64,000 nt of DNA from an uncultured Gemmatimonadales bacterium (GCA_963779755.1 CAVZZO010000003.1:1728001-1792000), one strand, 5' to 3'. Shown: positions 29,061 to 38,470, counted from the stretch's first letter. The notes: generated by a model not told the origin, from the letters alone. Made by a program: numbers and translations.

Positions 29061-29087
29061 TGTCGATTTCCGCCCTCCCGGTTCGAC
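29061..29087 (+). promoter_or_regulatory. ECF42-type promoter 2 (BNR-MoaD)
   Basis: TGTCGA-tttccgccctcccggtt(17)-CGAC. Confidence 0.8.
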
Positions 29088-29123
29088 GATATATTGAGAC
29101 CCCCCAACCCCGAGGAGCGTACC

Positions 29124-30239
29124 ATGGCCGGAGTCCGGGTACTGGTCGGCACGCGCAAAGGCGCGTTCATCCTGACCTCCGACGCGAAACGTGCAAAGTG
29201 GAACATCAGCGGGCCGGAATTCGCCGGCTGGGAGCTGTACCACCTCAAGGGCTCGCCGGCCGACCCCGACCGGATCTACGCCTCCCAATCGAGCGGCTGG
29301 TTCGGCCAGACGATGCAGCGATCCTGCGACGGGGGGAAAACCTGGGAAACGGTGGGCAACAAGTTCGTCTACGACGGGGTGCCCGGCACCCACCAGTGGT
29401 ACGACGGCACCGCGCATCCCTGGGAGTTCAAGCGGGTCTGGCACCTGGAGCCTTCGCTCACCGATCCGGACACCGTCTACGCCGGGATCGAGGACGCGGC
29501 CCTGTTCAAGTCCACCGATGGCGGCCAGAACTGGGAGGAGGTCTCCGGCCTCCGGAAGCACAGCACCGGCTCGGCCTGGTCGCCGGGTGCGGGGGGCATG
29601 TGCCTGCATACCATCATCCTCGATCCGGTGAACCCCGGGCGGATCTTTACCGCCATCAGCGCGGCGGGTGCCTTTCGCTCGGACGACGGAGGCGACACCT
29701 GGAAACCCATTACCAGAGGACTGGTTTCCAGTTTTCTGCCGAACCCCACCGCCGAGGTAGGCCATTGCGTGCACCGGATCGCGCAGCATCCCTCGCGGCC
29801 CGACACGCTGTTCATGCAGAAGCACTGGGACGTCATGCGCAGCGATGACGCGGGCGACAACTGGCACGAGGTGAGCGGCAACCTGCCGACGGACTTCGGC
29901 TTTGCCATCGATGTGCACGCCCACGAGCCGGAGACCATCTACGTGGTCCCCATCAAGAGCGACGCCGAGCACTTCCCGCTGGAGGGCAAGCTCCAGGTGT
30001 TCCGGAGCCGGAGCGGCGGCAACGAATGGGAGCCGCTCACCCGGGGCCTGCCCCAGCGTAACTGCTACGTCAACGTGCTGCGCGATGCCATGGCGGTAGA
30101 CCGGCTGGACGACTGCGGCATCTATTTCGGCACCACCGGCGGGCAGGTGTACGCCTCGGCCGATTCGGGCGACAGCTGGACGCCGATCGCCGAGCACCTG
30201 CCGCCGGTCTTGTCGGTCGAGGTTCAGACACTGCAATGA
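29124..30239 (+). CDS. BNR/Asp-box beta-propeller protein (sialidase-like fold), no signal peptide
   Basis: [10 protein letters not shown]; repeated SxDGGx[10 protein letters not shown] boxes. Confidence 0.88.
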   Translation: MAGVRVLVGTRKGAFILTSDAKRAKWNISGPEFAGWELYHLKGSPADPDRIYASQSSGWFGQTMQRSCDGGKTWETVGNKFVYDGVPGTHQWYDGTAHPWEFKRVWHLEPSLTDPDTVYAGIEDAALFKSTDGGQNWEEVSGLRKHSTGSAWSPGAGGMCLHTIILDPVNPGRIFTAISAAGAFRSDDGGDTWKPITRGLVSSFLPNPTAEVGHCVHRIAQHPSRPDTLFMQKHWDVMRSDDAGDNWHEVSGNLPTDFGFAIDVHAHEPETIYVVPIKSDAEHFPLEGKLQVFRSRSGGNEWEPLTRGLPQRNCYVNVLRDAMAVDRLDDCGIYFGTTGGQVYASADSGDSWTPIAEHLPPVLSVEVQTLQ

Positions 30240-30532
30240 TCCACGTGGTTCTGCCGGAGCCGCTCCGCAACCTGGCGCGGATCGAGAGCGAAGTCACCGT
30301 CGAGGCCGACGGTCCGGTTACCCAGCACACGGTGCTCTCCGCGCTGGAAGCGCGCTACCCCGCCCTGCGCGGCACCATGCGCGACCAGGTCACCAGGAAG
30401 CGCCGGGCCTTTCTCCGCTTCTTCGCCTGCGGCCAGGACCTCTCGCACGAGGATCCGGACGCGCCGCTGCCGGAGGCGGTGGCCAGGGGCGAGGAGCCCT
30501 ATCTGGTCGTGGGGGCCACGGCCGGAGGCTAG
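30236..30532 (+). CDS. MoaD/ThiS ubiquitin-like beta-grasp protein
   Basis: [10 protein letters not shown]...RFFACGQD; C-terminal ATAGG; ATGA overlap. Confidence 0.88.
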   Translation: MIHVVLPEPLRNLARIESEVTVEADGPVTQHTVLSALEARYPALRGTMRDQVTRKRRAFLRFFACGQDLSHEDPDAPLPEAVARGEEPYLVVGATAGG

Positions 30533-30555
30533 CCCGGAAGAACGGAAACATGAAG

Positions 30556-30593
30556 AAAGGACTGAGAGAGGGCGCTTCTCTCTCAGTCCTTTT
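30556..30593. terminator. Bidirectional terminator-like hairpin; related copy at 33751-33801
   Basis: AAAGGACTGAGAGAG...CTCTCTCAGTCCTTT. Confidence 0.75.
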
Positions 30594-30671
30594 GCCTTCT
30601 CTCTCCCTTGCTATACCGGTGCCGCCCCCCGAGATTTCGGTTTCTCCCCACATCCCCTAGAGGTCGGCAGG

Positions 30672-33620
30672 ATGGAAGCCGCAATGCGCACCTGTCCCTC
30701 CTGTAGCTCCTCGTTGCCCGACGAGGCGCAATTCTGTATGAAGTGCGGCTTCGCCACACCCACCGATCCCGGCGTCCCGCCGCGGACCCAGGCAACGGGC
30801 GCCTTCGAGGTCGGGCGGGTGAAACGCGCGCTGGGCGACCCATACCGGGTGGACCGGATTCTGGGCGAAGGGGGAATGGCCACGGTCTACCTGGCCGAAG
30901 ACCTCAAGCACCGGCGCAAGGTGGCGGTGAAGGTCATGCGTCCCGAACTGGCCGCCACCCTGGGCGCCGACCGGTTCCTTCGTGAAGTCGAAATCGCCGC
31001 CCAGCTGAGCCATCCCCACATCCTGGCGGTGTACGATTCGGGCGAGGCCGAGGGCGTGCTCTACTACGTGATGCCCTACGTGGAGGAGGGCAGTCTGCGC
31101 GAGCGGCTGGAGCGCGAGGGCCAGCTGCCGGTAAAGGAAGCGCTCCGGCTGGCCCGGGAGGTCGCCGAGGCGCTGGCCTATGCCCAGGCGCGCGGCATCA
31201 TCCATCGCGACATCAAGCCGGGCAACATCCTGCTGGGCGCCGGCCACGCCCAGATCGCGGACTTCGGCATCGCGCGGGCCCTCGACAGCGCCGGGGAAGC
31301 GATCACCCGGACGGGGCTCGCGGTGGGAACGCCGCAATACATGGCGCCGGAGCAGGCCATGGGCGACCGGGACGTGGATGGCCGCGCGGACGTCTATGCC
31401 CTGGGTGCGGTGCTCTACGAGATGCTGGCCGGCGAAGCGCCCTATACCGGTCCTACCGCCCGCGCCATCATGACCCGCAGCATGACCGAAAGGCCCCGCC
31501 CCCTCTCCAGCGCCCGGATGGGCCTGCCGCCCACGGTGGACTCCACCGTTACCCGGGCACTCGCCCGCAACCCGGTGGACCGCTATCCCACGGCGGCCGC
31601 CCTGGCCGAAGCGCTGGAGAACGCGCAGGATACCAGCCAGAGCGGCGCGATGCAGGCCGCGGCCGGGGCGGGGCCGTCGCCGCTGGCGGTGTGGGGCCTT
31701 TTCGGCGCCGGCTCGGTGGCCATGCTGGCGATAGTCTACAGTCTCACCCGGCGGTGGAACCTGCCGGTCTGGACACTCGGGCTCGCGGTGCTCCTCCTGG
31801 CCGTCGGCGCCGGCGTGCTGGTGCTCACGGGGAAGATCGAGCGCCGCCGGCGGGCGGGCGCCGGCACCGGCGGAATCACCGGCCTCTTCACCTGGCGCAA
31901 CGCCACGCTGGGCGGCGTGGGCGCGCTGGTCCTGTGGGCCGTCATGGCCAGCGTGATGGCCGTCCGCGCACCGGCCGGCGCCGCGGGAGCCGGGGGGACG
32001 CGCGTGGCGGTGCTCCCGTTCGAGAACCAGGGGCCGGCGGCGGATGCCTACTTCGCCGACGGGATCTCCGACGAAGTCCGGGGCAAGCTGGCCCAGATCA
32101 ACGGGCTCATGGTCATCGCCTCGACCAGCGCGGGCCAGTACCGGTCCACCACCAAGAGCCCCCAGGAGATCGCGCGCGAGCTGGGAGTGAACTATCTCCT
32201 GGTAGGGAAGGTGCGCTGGGCCGACTCGGCGGGCGGACACCGCCGGGTGCAGGTGGTGCCGGAGCTGATTGATGGACGGACGGGGGCGATGACCTGGCAG
32301 CAGTCGTTCGATAACGACCTGACCGACGTGTTCCAGGTCCAGTCGGACATCGCCACCCAGGTGGCCGGCGCGCTGGGCGCCCGGCTCGGCACCCAGGAGA
32401 AGAACGAACTGACCAGGCGGCCTACGCAGAACGTGGCGGCCTACGATCTCTATCTGAAGGCCAAGGCGCTCACCGGCCGCGATCCGGCGACGCAGCGCCT
32501 GGCCGGGTCTTACCTGGAACAAGCGGTGGCGCTGGATTCGAATTTCACCGACGCCTGGGCCCTGCTGTCCACCGCGATGACGCTTACCTATACCAATGGA
32601 GGGCGGGACCCGCTCGCCTCGAAGCGCGCCCGCGAGGCAATGCAGCGGGCGCTGGTATTGGATCCGCGGTCGGTGGCCGCCAATCTGGCCGCGGCGCGAT
32701 ACTACCGCCTGGTCGCCAGCGACCCTGCCCGAGCCGACAGCCAGATTGCCGTCGCGCTCGAGGTCGCGCCCAATGATGCCGACGTACTCAGCACCGCGGC
32801 CGGATCGGATCTGACCGCGCTCCGCTACGATGCCGGGCTGGCCAAGCTGGAGCGGGCACGCCAGCTCGATCCGCGGTCGGAGCAGACCCTGACGGCTCTC
32901 CTCCCGGCCTATGTCTCGATGCGCCGCTTCGCCGAGGCGCTCACGGCGGGAGAGACGGCGCTATCGTTGTCGCCCGGCAACGTCAACACCATCGAGTGGA
33001 TGGCGATTGCCCATGTGGCGCAAGGTGATCTGTCGGAGGCCCGGCAGGTGATCAGGGATGCGCTCGGTCGCGGGGTGACGGCACCGGAGCTGGCCGCCTA
33101 CTTCGGGGGATACCAGGAGCTCTCCTGGGTGCTGGAGCTGCCACAGCGGCAACTCCTCTTCCGGCTGACCCCCGCCGCCTTCGACAACGACCGCGGCTGG
33201 TGGGGCCAGACCATGGCCACGGCCTATTTCCAGCAGGGTAATCGGGCGATGGCGCGCGCCTACGCCGATTCCGGCCTGGCTGCCACCCGGGCGCAGTCGG
33301 CGGCGAATCCGCGCGACGACCAGAATCACGTGCTCTATGGCCTGCTGCTGGCCTACCTCGGCCGCCGGGGCGAGGCACTGGCTCAGGCCGATACCGCGAT
33401 GGCGCTGCTCACCTCCACCACGGTGCAGCCGCAGTACACCCGGCTCCAGGTGGTGCGCATCCACCTGGCGCTGGGCAATACGGACGCCGCCCTGGACGAG
33501 CTCCAGAAGCTGCTCAACAGCCACTACTACATCACGCCGGCCTGGCTCCGGATCGATCCGACCTTCGCGTCGCTGCGCGACAATCCCCGGTTCAAGAAGC
33601 TGGCGCAGGGAAATAACTGA
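30672..33620 (+). CDS. Ser/Thr kinase with N-terminal zinc ribbon, 3 TM helices, TolB-N-like and TPR domains
   Basis: CPSC..FCMKCG; GEGGMA; HRDIKPGN; DFG; VAVLPFEN...YFADG; WLRIDPTF. Confidence 0.93.
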   Translation: MEAAMRTCPSCSSSLPDEAQFCMKCGFATPTDPGVPPRTQATGAFEVGRVKRALGDPYRVDRILGEGGMATVYLAEDLKHRRKVAVKVMRPELAATLGADRFLREVEIAAQLSHPHILAVYDSGEAEGVLYYVMPYVEEGSLRERLEREGQLPVKEALRLAREVAEALAYAQARGIIHRDIKPGNILLGAGHAQIADFGIARALDSAGEAITRTGLAVGTPQYMAPEQAMGDRDVDGRADVYALGAVLYEMLAGEAPYTGPTARAIMTRSMTERPRPLSSARMGLPPTVDSTVTRALARNPVDRYPTAAALAEALENAQDTSQSGAMQAAAGAGPSPLAVWGLFGAGSVAMLAIVYSLTRRWNLPVWTLGLAVLLLAVGAGVLVLTGKIERRRRAGAGTGGITGLFTWRNATLGGVGALVLWAVMASVMAVRAPAGAAGAGGTRVAVLPFENQGPAADAYFADGISDEVRGKLAQINGLMVIASTSAGQYRSTTKSPQEIARELGVNYLLVGKVRWADSAGGHRRVQVVPELIDGRTGAMTWQQSFDNDLTDVFQVQSDIATQVAGALGARLGTQEKNELTRRPTQNVAAYDLYLKAKALTGRDPATQRLAGSYLEQAVALDSNFTDAWALLSTAMTLTYTNGGRDPLASKRAREAMQRALVLDPRSVAANLAAARYYRLVASDPARADSQIAVALEVAPNDADVLSTAAGSDLTALRYDAGLAKLERARQLDPRSEQTLTALLPAYVSMRRFAEALTAGETALSLSPGNVNTIEWMAIAHVAQGDLSEARQVIRDALGRGVTAPELAAYFGGYQELSWVLELPQRQLLFRLTPAAFDNDRGWWGQTMATAYFQQGNRAMARAYADSGLAATRAQSAANPRDDQNHVLYGLLLAYLGRRGEALAQADTAMALLTSTTVQPQYTRLQVVRIHLALGNTDAALDELQKLLNSHYYITPAWLRIDPTFASLRDNPRFKKLAQGNN

Positions 33621-33662
33621 GGACTGAGTAAGGCGGCAGGACGGCAGCCCGCGGCGCGCCGC

Positions 33663-33758
33663 GTGAGCCGCGGAGGGGCCATCGAGCCCCGCTGCATCCC
33701 GACCTTCGCGCCGCTCAGGGGGCCTCCGCGGTTCGAGAAGCTGGCGAGACAGGACTGA
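33663..33758 (+). pseudogene. 3'-end remnant of a paralogous kinase-TPR gene
   Basis: 33696-33758 translates IPTFAPLRGPPRFEKLARQD*, matching the C-termini of the kinases at 30672 and 55841. Confidence 0.65.
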
Positions 33759-33790
33759 GAGCAAAGGGCTGGGAGAAAAGCGCTTTTCTC

Positions 33791-35071
33791 TCAGTCCTTT
33801 TGTCCTTTCTCCCTATTCCGGCATTCCGTGGCGCGCTGGAGCAGGAGCCGCCGCTCCCGCTCATTTTTCGTCAGCTTCGCCGCCCGCTCGAATTCCTCAC
33901 TCGCCTCGACATTCCGCCCCAGCTTCTGCAGCAGGTCGCCGCGCACGCTGGGGAGCAGGTGATAGTTCCGTAGCGATTTCTGCTTCGTGAGCGGTTCCAC
34001 CAGCGCGAGCGCGGCCTCCGGGCCTTCGGCCATACTCACCGCCACCGCGCGATTGAGCTCGACCACGGGGGAGGGCATGAGCTGCGCCAGGGCGCCGTAG
34101 AGCATCGCGATTCTGGCCCAGTCCGTTTCCTGCGCCGAGCGCGCCCGCGCGTGGCAGGCGGCGATGGCCGCCTGGAGTGCGTAGGGGCCGGCAGCGCCGC
34201 CCAGCGCGTCCACCCGCTCCAGCGCCGCCAGACCACGCTGGATGAGCAGGCGGTCCCAGCGGCCCCGGTCCTGATCCAGCAGCAGTACCGGCTCGCCGTC
34301 GGGGCCCACTCGCGCTCGGAGACGGGAGGCCTGAATCTCCATCAGGGCGATGAGCCCGTGTACCTCTGGCTCCTCCGGCGCCAGGGTCGCCAGGATGCGC
34401 CCCAGCCGCATCGCATCTTCGCAGAGGCCGGGCCGGACCCAGTCGTCACCCGCGGTCGCGGCATACCCCTCGTTGAAGATGAGATAGATCACCTCGAGCA
34501 CCGAGGCGAGCCGCTCACTCAGGTCGTCCCCGCGCGGCACCTCGAAGGGCACCTTCGCGTCCGCCAGCGTCTTCTTGGCCCGGACGATCCGCTGCTGCAG
34601 GGTGGGAACGGGAATCAGAAACGCGCGCGCGATCTCCTCGGTGGTGAGGCCACCCACCAGCCGCAGTGTCAGGGCGACCCGGGCTTCGGCGGAGAGCAGC
34701 GGGTGACAGGCGGTAAAGATCAGGCTCAGGAGATCGTCACCGATGGCGTCGTCCAGCGCCGCCGCCGTCTCGACCTCCCGCTGCTGCTCCTCCTGCAGCT
34801 CGCCGCCCAGCTGCTGGTGCTTGCGATCCAGCATCTGGTGGCGCCGGAGCTGGTCGATCCCCCGGCGCTTGGCCGCGGTCATGAGCCAGGCACCGGGGTT
34901 GTCGGGAATGCCCGATGCCGGCCACTGCTCCAGCGCAGCCAGCAGCGCGTCCTGGGCCAGATCCTCGGCCTGGCCCACGTCGCCTACCATGCGCGCCAGC
35001 CGGGCAATGATCTTCGCCGATTCCATGCGCCAGACGGCGTCGATGGTGGCGTGGATATGCGCGACCGTCAT
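33791..35071 (-). CDS. ECF42-type sigma factor, second copy
   Basis: DDLLSLIFTACHPLL; YLIFNEGY; GPYALQAAIAACH; TDWARI; VVELNRAVA. Confidence 0.9.
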   Translation of the reverse strand: MTVAHIHATIDAVWRMESAKIIARLARMVGDVGQAEDLAQDALLAALEQWPASGIPDNPGAWLMTAAKRRGIDQLRRHQMLDRKHQQLGGELQEEQQREVETAAALDDAIGDDLLSLIFTACHPLLSAEARVALTLRLVGGLTTEEIARAFLIPVPTLQQRIVRAKKTLADAKVPFEVPRGDDLSERLASVLEVIYLIFNEGYAATAGDDWVRPGLCEDAMRLGRILATLAPEEPEVHGLIALMEIQASRLRARVGPDGEPVLLLDQDRGRWDRLLIQRGLAALERVDALGGAAGPYALQAAIAACHARARSAQETDWARIAMLYGALAQLMPSPVVELNRAVAVSMAEGPEAALALVEPLTKQKSLRNYHLLPSVRGDLLQKLGRNVEASEEFERAAKLTKNERERRLLLQRATECRNREKGQKD

Positions 35072-35126
35072 AGGTCACGATTAGACCATGGCGGCGCTCG
35101 CAACGCAAGGGAGGGACAGGCGGTAC

Positions 35127-35224
35127 GGCACAAGGGACAAGGGACAGGGGACCCGATTAAGGACTACGCAGCCTATCCCTGTCCCGATCCCCGCTGCGAC
35201 CCCTTGTCCCTTGTCCCCTGTGCC
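35127..35224. repeat. Inverted heptamer arrays (CAAGGGA / TCCCTTG)
   Basis: ggcacaagggacaagggacagggg ... cccttgtcccttgtcccctgtgcc, 24-bp arms with 2 mismatches. Confidence 0.8.
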
Positions 35225-35232
35225 TGTCGGCC

Positions 35233-35727
35233 TTACATCCCCGCCTCATCCGCACTCGGACCGTAGACCGACGGAAGGGGGACATTCAGCAGCCGCAGGT
35301 AAACGGTGAGCTGCCCGCGATGGTGGTACCAGTGGTTGAACAGGATGGTGCGGAGGACACCGCTCCGGGGGAGGGCCATGACCTCCCTCTCGCCGTCCAC
35401 CATGCGCCAGGGCAACGCCAGGTCGGAGTCCTTCATGGCCCCGAGCAGCGTCCGGGCCTTCTCCACGCTCTGGTCGTAGGTGCTCATGAGCTCGTCCGCG
35501 CCGCCCGGGCTGGGCCGCGGGATCCGCGTCTTGACGTCGAACGTGGGCTTCCCCGCCATTTCGCTGATGGCGCCCGGCAGCATGGCCACATGCATGGCAA
35601 GCTGCCCCAGGGTGAACGATTTCTCGTGGGGGCGCCAGTCGTAGCGGTCCGGCGGTACCCGCTCCAGCACGCGCCGGGTCGCCTTCGCTTCCTGGTCCAG
35701 CTCCTGCATCAGCTCGGCGATAGTCAC
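35233..35727 (-). CDS. DinB family protein
   Basis: ELDQEAKATRRVLERVP; WRPHEKS; NHWYHHRGQLTVYLRLL; SVYGPSADE. Confidence 0.9.
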   Translation of the reverse strand: MTIAELMQELDQEAKATRRVLERVPPDRYDWRPHEKSFTLGQLAMHVAMLPGAISEMAGKPTFDVKTRIPRPSPGGADELMSTYDQSVEKARTLLGAMKDSDLALPWRMVDGEREVMALPRSGVLRTILFNHWYHHRGQLTVYLRLLNVPLPSVYGPSADEAGM

Positions 35728-35790
35728 TGTGTGGCCTTTCGTAGCGGACGTTTGGACCCGGTCAAGAGGGTCGAGGGACAGCGATCGTGG

Positions 35791-36204
35791 TCATCCGGGT
35801 GCCCGCTCATACAACAACATCCACGAGGTCCCGAACCGGTCGCGGAGCATCGCGAAGCGGTGGGCGAAGAACGTCTCCGCCATGGGCATGAAGATCTCGC
35901 CCCCTTCCCGCAGGAGCGCATAGACCCGCTCCGCCTCCTCCACGCTGGACAGCGAGAGGCTGAGATAGGCGCTGCGCATCGGCTGGAAACGGTCCGGGGG
36001 GATATCCGCTCCGAACAGACTCGTGCCTCCCAGTTCGATCCGGGCGTGCAGCACTGCGTTCCGCCATTCCGGCGGGACCTTGTCTGCCTCCGGTTGCTCG
36101 GCATGGGTCGCCAGCATGGTGATGCGACCGCCCAGGCGCTCGGCGTAGAACTCGAACGCCTCCCGGCAGTTGCCGCCGTAGTTGAGATAGGTATTGAGCT
36201 GCAT
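35791..36204 (-). CDS. VOC/PhnB family protein
   Basis: YLNYGGNCREAFEFY; VLHARI; ETFFAHRFAMLRDRFGTSWM. Confidence 0.92.
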   Translation of the reverse strand: MQLNTYLNYGGNCREAFEFYAERLGGRITMLATHAEQPEADKVPPEWRNAVLHARIELGGTSLFGADIPPDRFQPMRSAYLSLSLSSVEEAERVYALLREGGEIFMPMAETFFAHRFAMLRDRFGTSWMLLYERAPG

Positions 36205-36297
36205 CGTATTCCCCGATACTGGTCTTCGGTCATTGAAGGCGCGACACGGGCGGCGGCCCTCGTCTCAATATGTCGCGGAGCTGCCCGTACCGGCGAC

Positions 36298-36741
36298 TCA
36301 GAAGGTAGAACCCGTGGGCACCCTGAGATCGAGATTCAGTGGCAGGGTGATGCCGGACCAGGAGCGCCGGCCGCGAATCACCACCATCAGCAGGACACCC
36401 ACCACGAAAGGCGTGGCGGCCATGGCGGGCCCCATCCGCAGAATTGTCGTCACGACGGCGCCGATCATGATGATGACGAGTCCGGCCGCCGCCAGCGGAG
36501 TAAGGCCCCGGCGAACGCGGAAGATACCGGGGAGAATGAGGCCCAGGGCCCCCAGGCCCTCACACACGGCGATGAAGCGCATGAACCCCGCGGAGAGGCC
36601 TGACTGCTGGACCAGCGCCTGGGCAGGCATGGTCAGCTTGGCGAAGGAGGCGAAGAGAAAGAGGGCGGCGAGCAGGCCCTGGATCGTCCAGAGCAACACG
36701 TTGCCGATCTTGCGGTTACGGCTCCGGGTGGGGGAAGACAT
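36298..36741 (-). CDS. DoxX family membrane protein
   Basis: LWTIQGLLAALFL...KL; EGLGALGLILP; LTPLAAAGLVIIMIGA. Confidence 0.88.
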   Translation of the reverse strand: MSSPTRSRNRKIGNVLLWTIQGLLAALFLFASFAKLTMPAQALVQQSGLSAGFMRFIAVCEGLGALGLILPGIFRVRRGLTPLAAAGLVIIMIGAVVTTILRMGPAMAATPFVVGVLLMVVIRGRRSWSGITLPLNLDLRVPTGSTF

Positions 36742-36803
36742 GGTCGGGCTCCTCTCGGTTCGGGTTCTGGTGCCGGGAGCCTGTCTCCCGGCTTCACAGA
36801 AGC

Positions 36804-36830
36804 GTCGACCGGGGAGGGGCGGGATCGACA
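36804..36830 (-). promoter_or_regulatory. ECF42-type promoter 3 (doxX-VOC-dinB-sigma)
   Basis: TGTCGA-tcccgcccctccccggt(17)-CGAC. Confidence 0.8.
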
Positions 36831-36840
36831 TCAAGCAGAC

Positions 36841-36916
36841 CTCGACCCTCTCGACACTCTCGACCCCCTCGACCTCTTCAGTGGTCGAGAGGGTCGAGGG
36901 GGTCAAGAGAGTCGAG
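36841..36916. repeat. Inverted nonamer arrays (CTCGACCCT x4 / AGGGTCGAG x4)
   Basis: Four 9-mers followed by four reverse-complement 9-mers, 4-nt centre. Confidence 0.85.
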
Positions 36917-36937
36917 AAAACCCTGGGCGCCGTCGAC

Positions 36938-37348
36938 TTACTTCAACCGCTCCCGCAGCTTTGCCTCCCGCTCCTGCAGCTCGGGCGTAAACTCCTCGCC
37001 GAAATCCTCGAGTTCGAAGAAGGGGCGGATTTCCACCGTCTCCCCCTCTTCGAACGGCGCCCGCTTGAGCCATTCCACCGCTTCATCCACGGACTTGACC
37101 TGCCAGATCCAGAATCCGGCGACCAGCTCTTTGGTCTCCGCGAAGGGGCCGTCGATCACCCGCGGCTTCCCCGAACCGAACCGGACTCGTTTGCCCTTCG
37201 AGCTGGGTTGCAGACCGTCGCCCGCCAGCATGATGCCGGCCTGGACCAGCTTCTCGTTGAACGTCCCCATCTTCTCCAGCAGTTCCCGCTTCGGCATTGC
37301 GCCGGCTTCGTATTCCTTGTTGGCCTTGACCAGCACGATGACTCGCAT
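36938..37348 (-). CDS. YciI/DGPF domain protein
   Basis: GDGLQPSSKGKRV; IDGPFAETKELVAGFW; EIRPFFE. Confidence 0.92.
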   Translation of the reverse strand: MRVIVLVKANKEYEAGAMPKRELLEKMGTFNEKLVQAGIMLAGDGLQPSSKGKRVRFGSGKPRVIDGPFAETKELVAGFWIWQVKSVDEAVEWLKRAPFEEGETVEIRPFFELEDFGEEFTPELQEREAKLRERLK

Positions 37349-37411
37349 GATGCGGTCTCCTTGCAGCAGGTCGCTTTCCCGGCCGGGATATCTTCCCGGC
37401 TTCACTCCTGC

Positions 37412-37438
37412 GTCGATCGGGCGGGAGCGGAATCGACA
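37412..37438 (-). promoter_or_regulatory. ECF42-type promoter 4 (yciI)
   Basis: TGTCGA-ttccgctcccgcccgat(17)-CGAC. Confidence 0.8.
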
Positions 37439-37560
37439 TCCCCGCCGGGGAGCGGACACCGTCTTGTCCGGTCTCTTCATCCCGGGTTCCCGCTCTCTTC
37501 ACGTTCCCGCCGGTAAGTTTAGCCCTGTCGTTCCGTCGCCGTGCACGGCGGCGGGCGGCC

Positions 37561-37830
37561 GGTGGGGGAGTTTCGCAGAACCCCACCCGCATCAGGCCGG
37601 CGTGCTGATGCGCCCTATCGGATCCAGGATGCGACCTGGCGACCGACAGCGCCCGCAACGGAACCCCGTGTACCGTAAGGTCAACGCGGGAACCGGTGCC
37701 TCCAAAGCCCACCGACGGATCCTGTACGGGGTCCGGCGAAGCGGAGGAGAGAAGAACGGAGCCCAAACCTCCGACCCGGATGACCGATGCGCATCGGGGC
37801 GGCCCGTCAGAGACGAGCCGCCCCGATGAT
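37561..37830 (+). ncRNA. Candidate structured RNA (unassigned)
   Basis: Six consecutive hairpins, including a GTAA tetraloop and G-U pairs favouring the + strand; ends in a strong hairpin at 37792-37828. Confidence 0.3.
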
Positions 37831-37985
37831 TTATGTCCGCAGATTACACAGAAATCGGTCCCACAGATTACGGGATTGATTCCGCCCAGCGGTCGTCTCC
37901 GATGCGGCCCGCGGCCGGCCCTCCTGGGGGGTGGACTCATGTTTCGCCCTTCGGCCGCTGAGCGAAGCCGCGACAGACTCCTCCC

Positions 37986-38470
37986 GAAGATGATCCGGTA
38001 TGGGGCGCAGCTCTGCGGAGCGAAGAACGAGGCTCGGAGCAATCTGTGTAATCCGTGGATCACACATGATAAACTGTCTTCTCAGAAGATGATCCCGGTG
38101 TGGGGCGCAGCTCTGCGGAGCACGAACGAGGCTCGGAGCAATCTGTGTAATCCGTGGATCACACATGATAAACTGTCTTCTCATAAGATGATCCGGTATG
38201 GGGCGCAGCTCTGCGGAGCACGAACGAGGCTCGGAGCAATCTGTGTAATCTGTGGATCACACATGATAAACTGTCTTCTCAGAAGATGATCCGGTATGGG
38301 GCGCAGCTCTGCGGAGCACGAACGAGGCTCGGAGCAATCTGTGTAATCTGTGGATCACACATGATAAACTGTCTTCTCAGAAGATGATCCGGTATGGGGC
38401 GCAGCTCTGCGGAGCACGAACGAGGCTCGGAGCAATCTGTGTAATCTGTGGATCACACATGATAAACTGT
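37986..38470. repeat. Tandem array, 5 x 98-99 bp
   Basis: Units start at 37986, 38085, 38184, 38282, 38380; near-identical; no unique spacers. Confidence 0.97.

Noticed and set aside
28326..30236. 636-aa ORF and other ORFs with PPYRRTAV/YGGTAVRR repeats
   Set aside because: Read-through of a stop-free octamer array plus the antisense of the BNR gene; dinB has its own RBS and ATG at 28820.
37686..37712. Cobalamin riboswitch-like GGGAA..GGTG..TCC
   Set aside because: No B12 box or CCCGC.ACTGT element and no downstream gene on that strand.
37986..38470. CRISPR array
   Set aside because: Whole 98-bp units are near-identical with no unique spacers, and there are no cas genes in the window.
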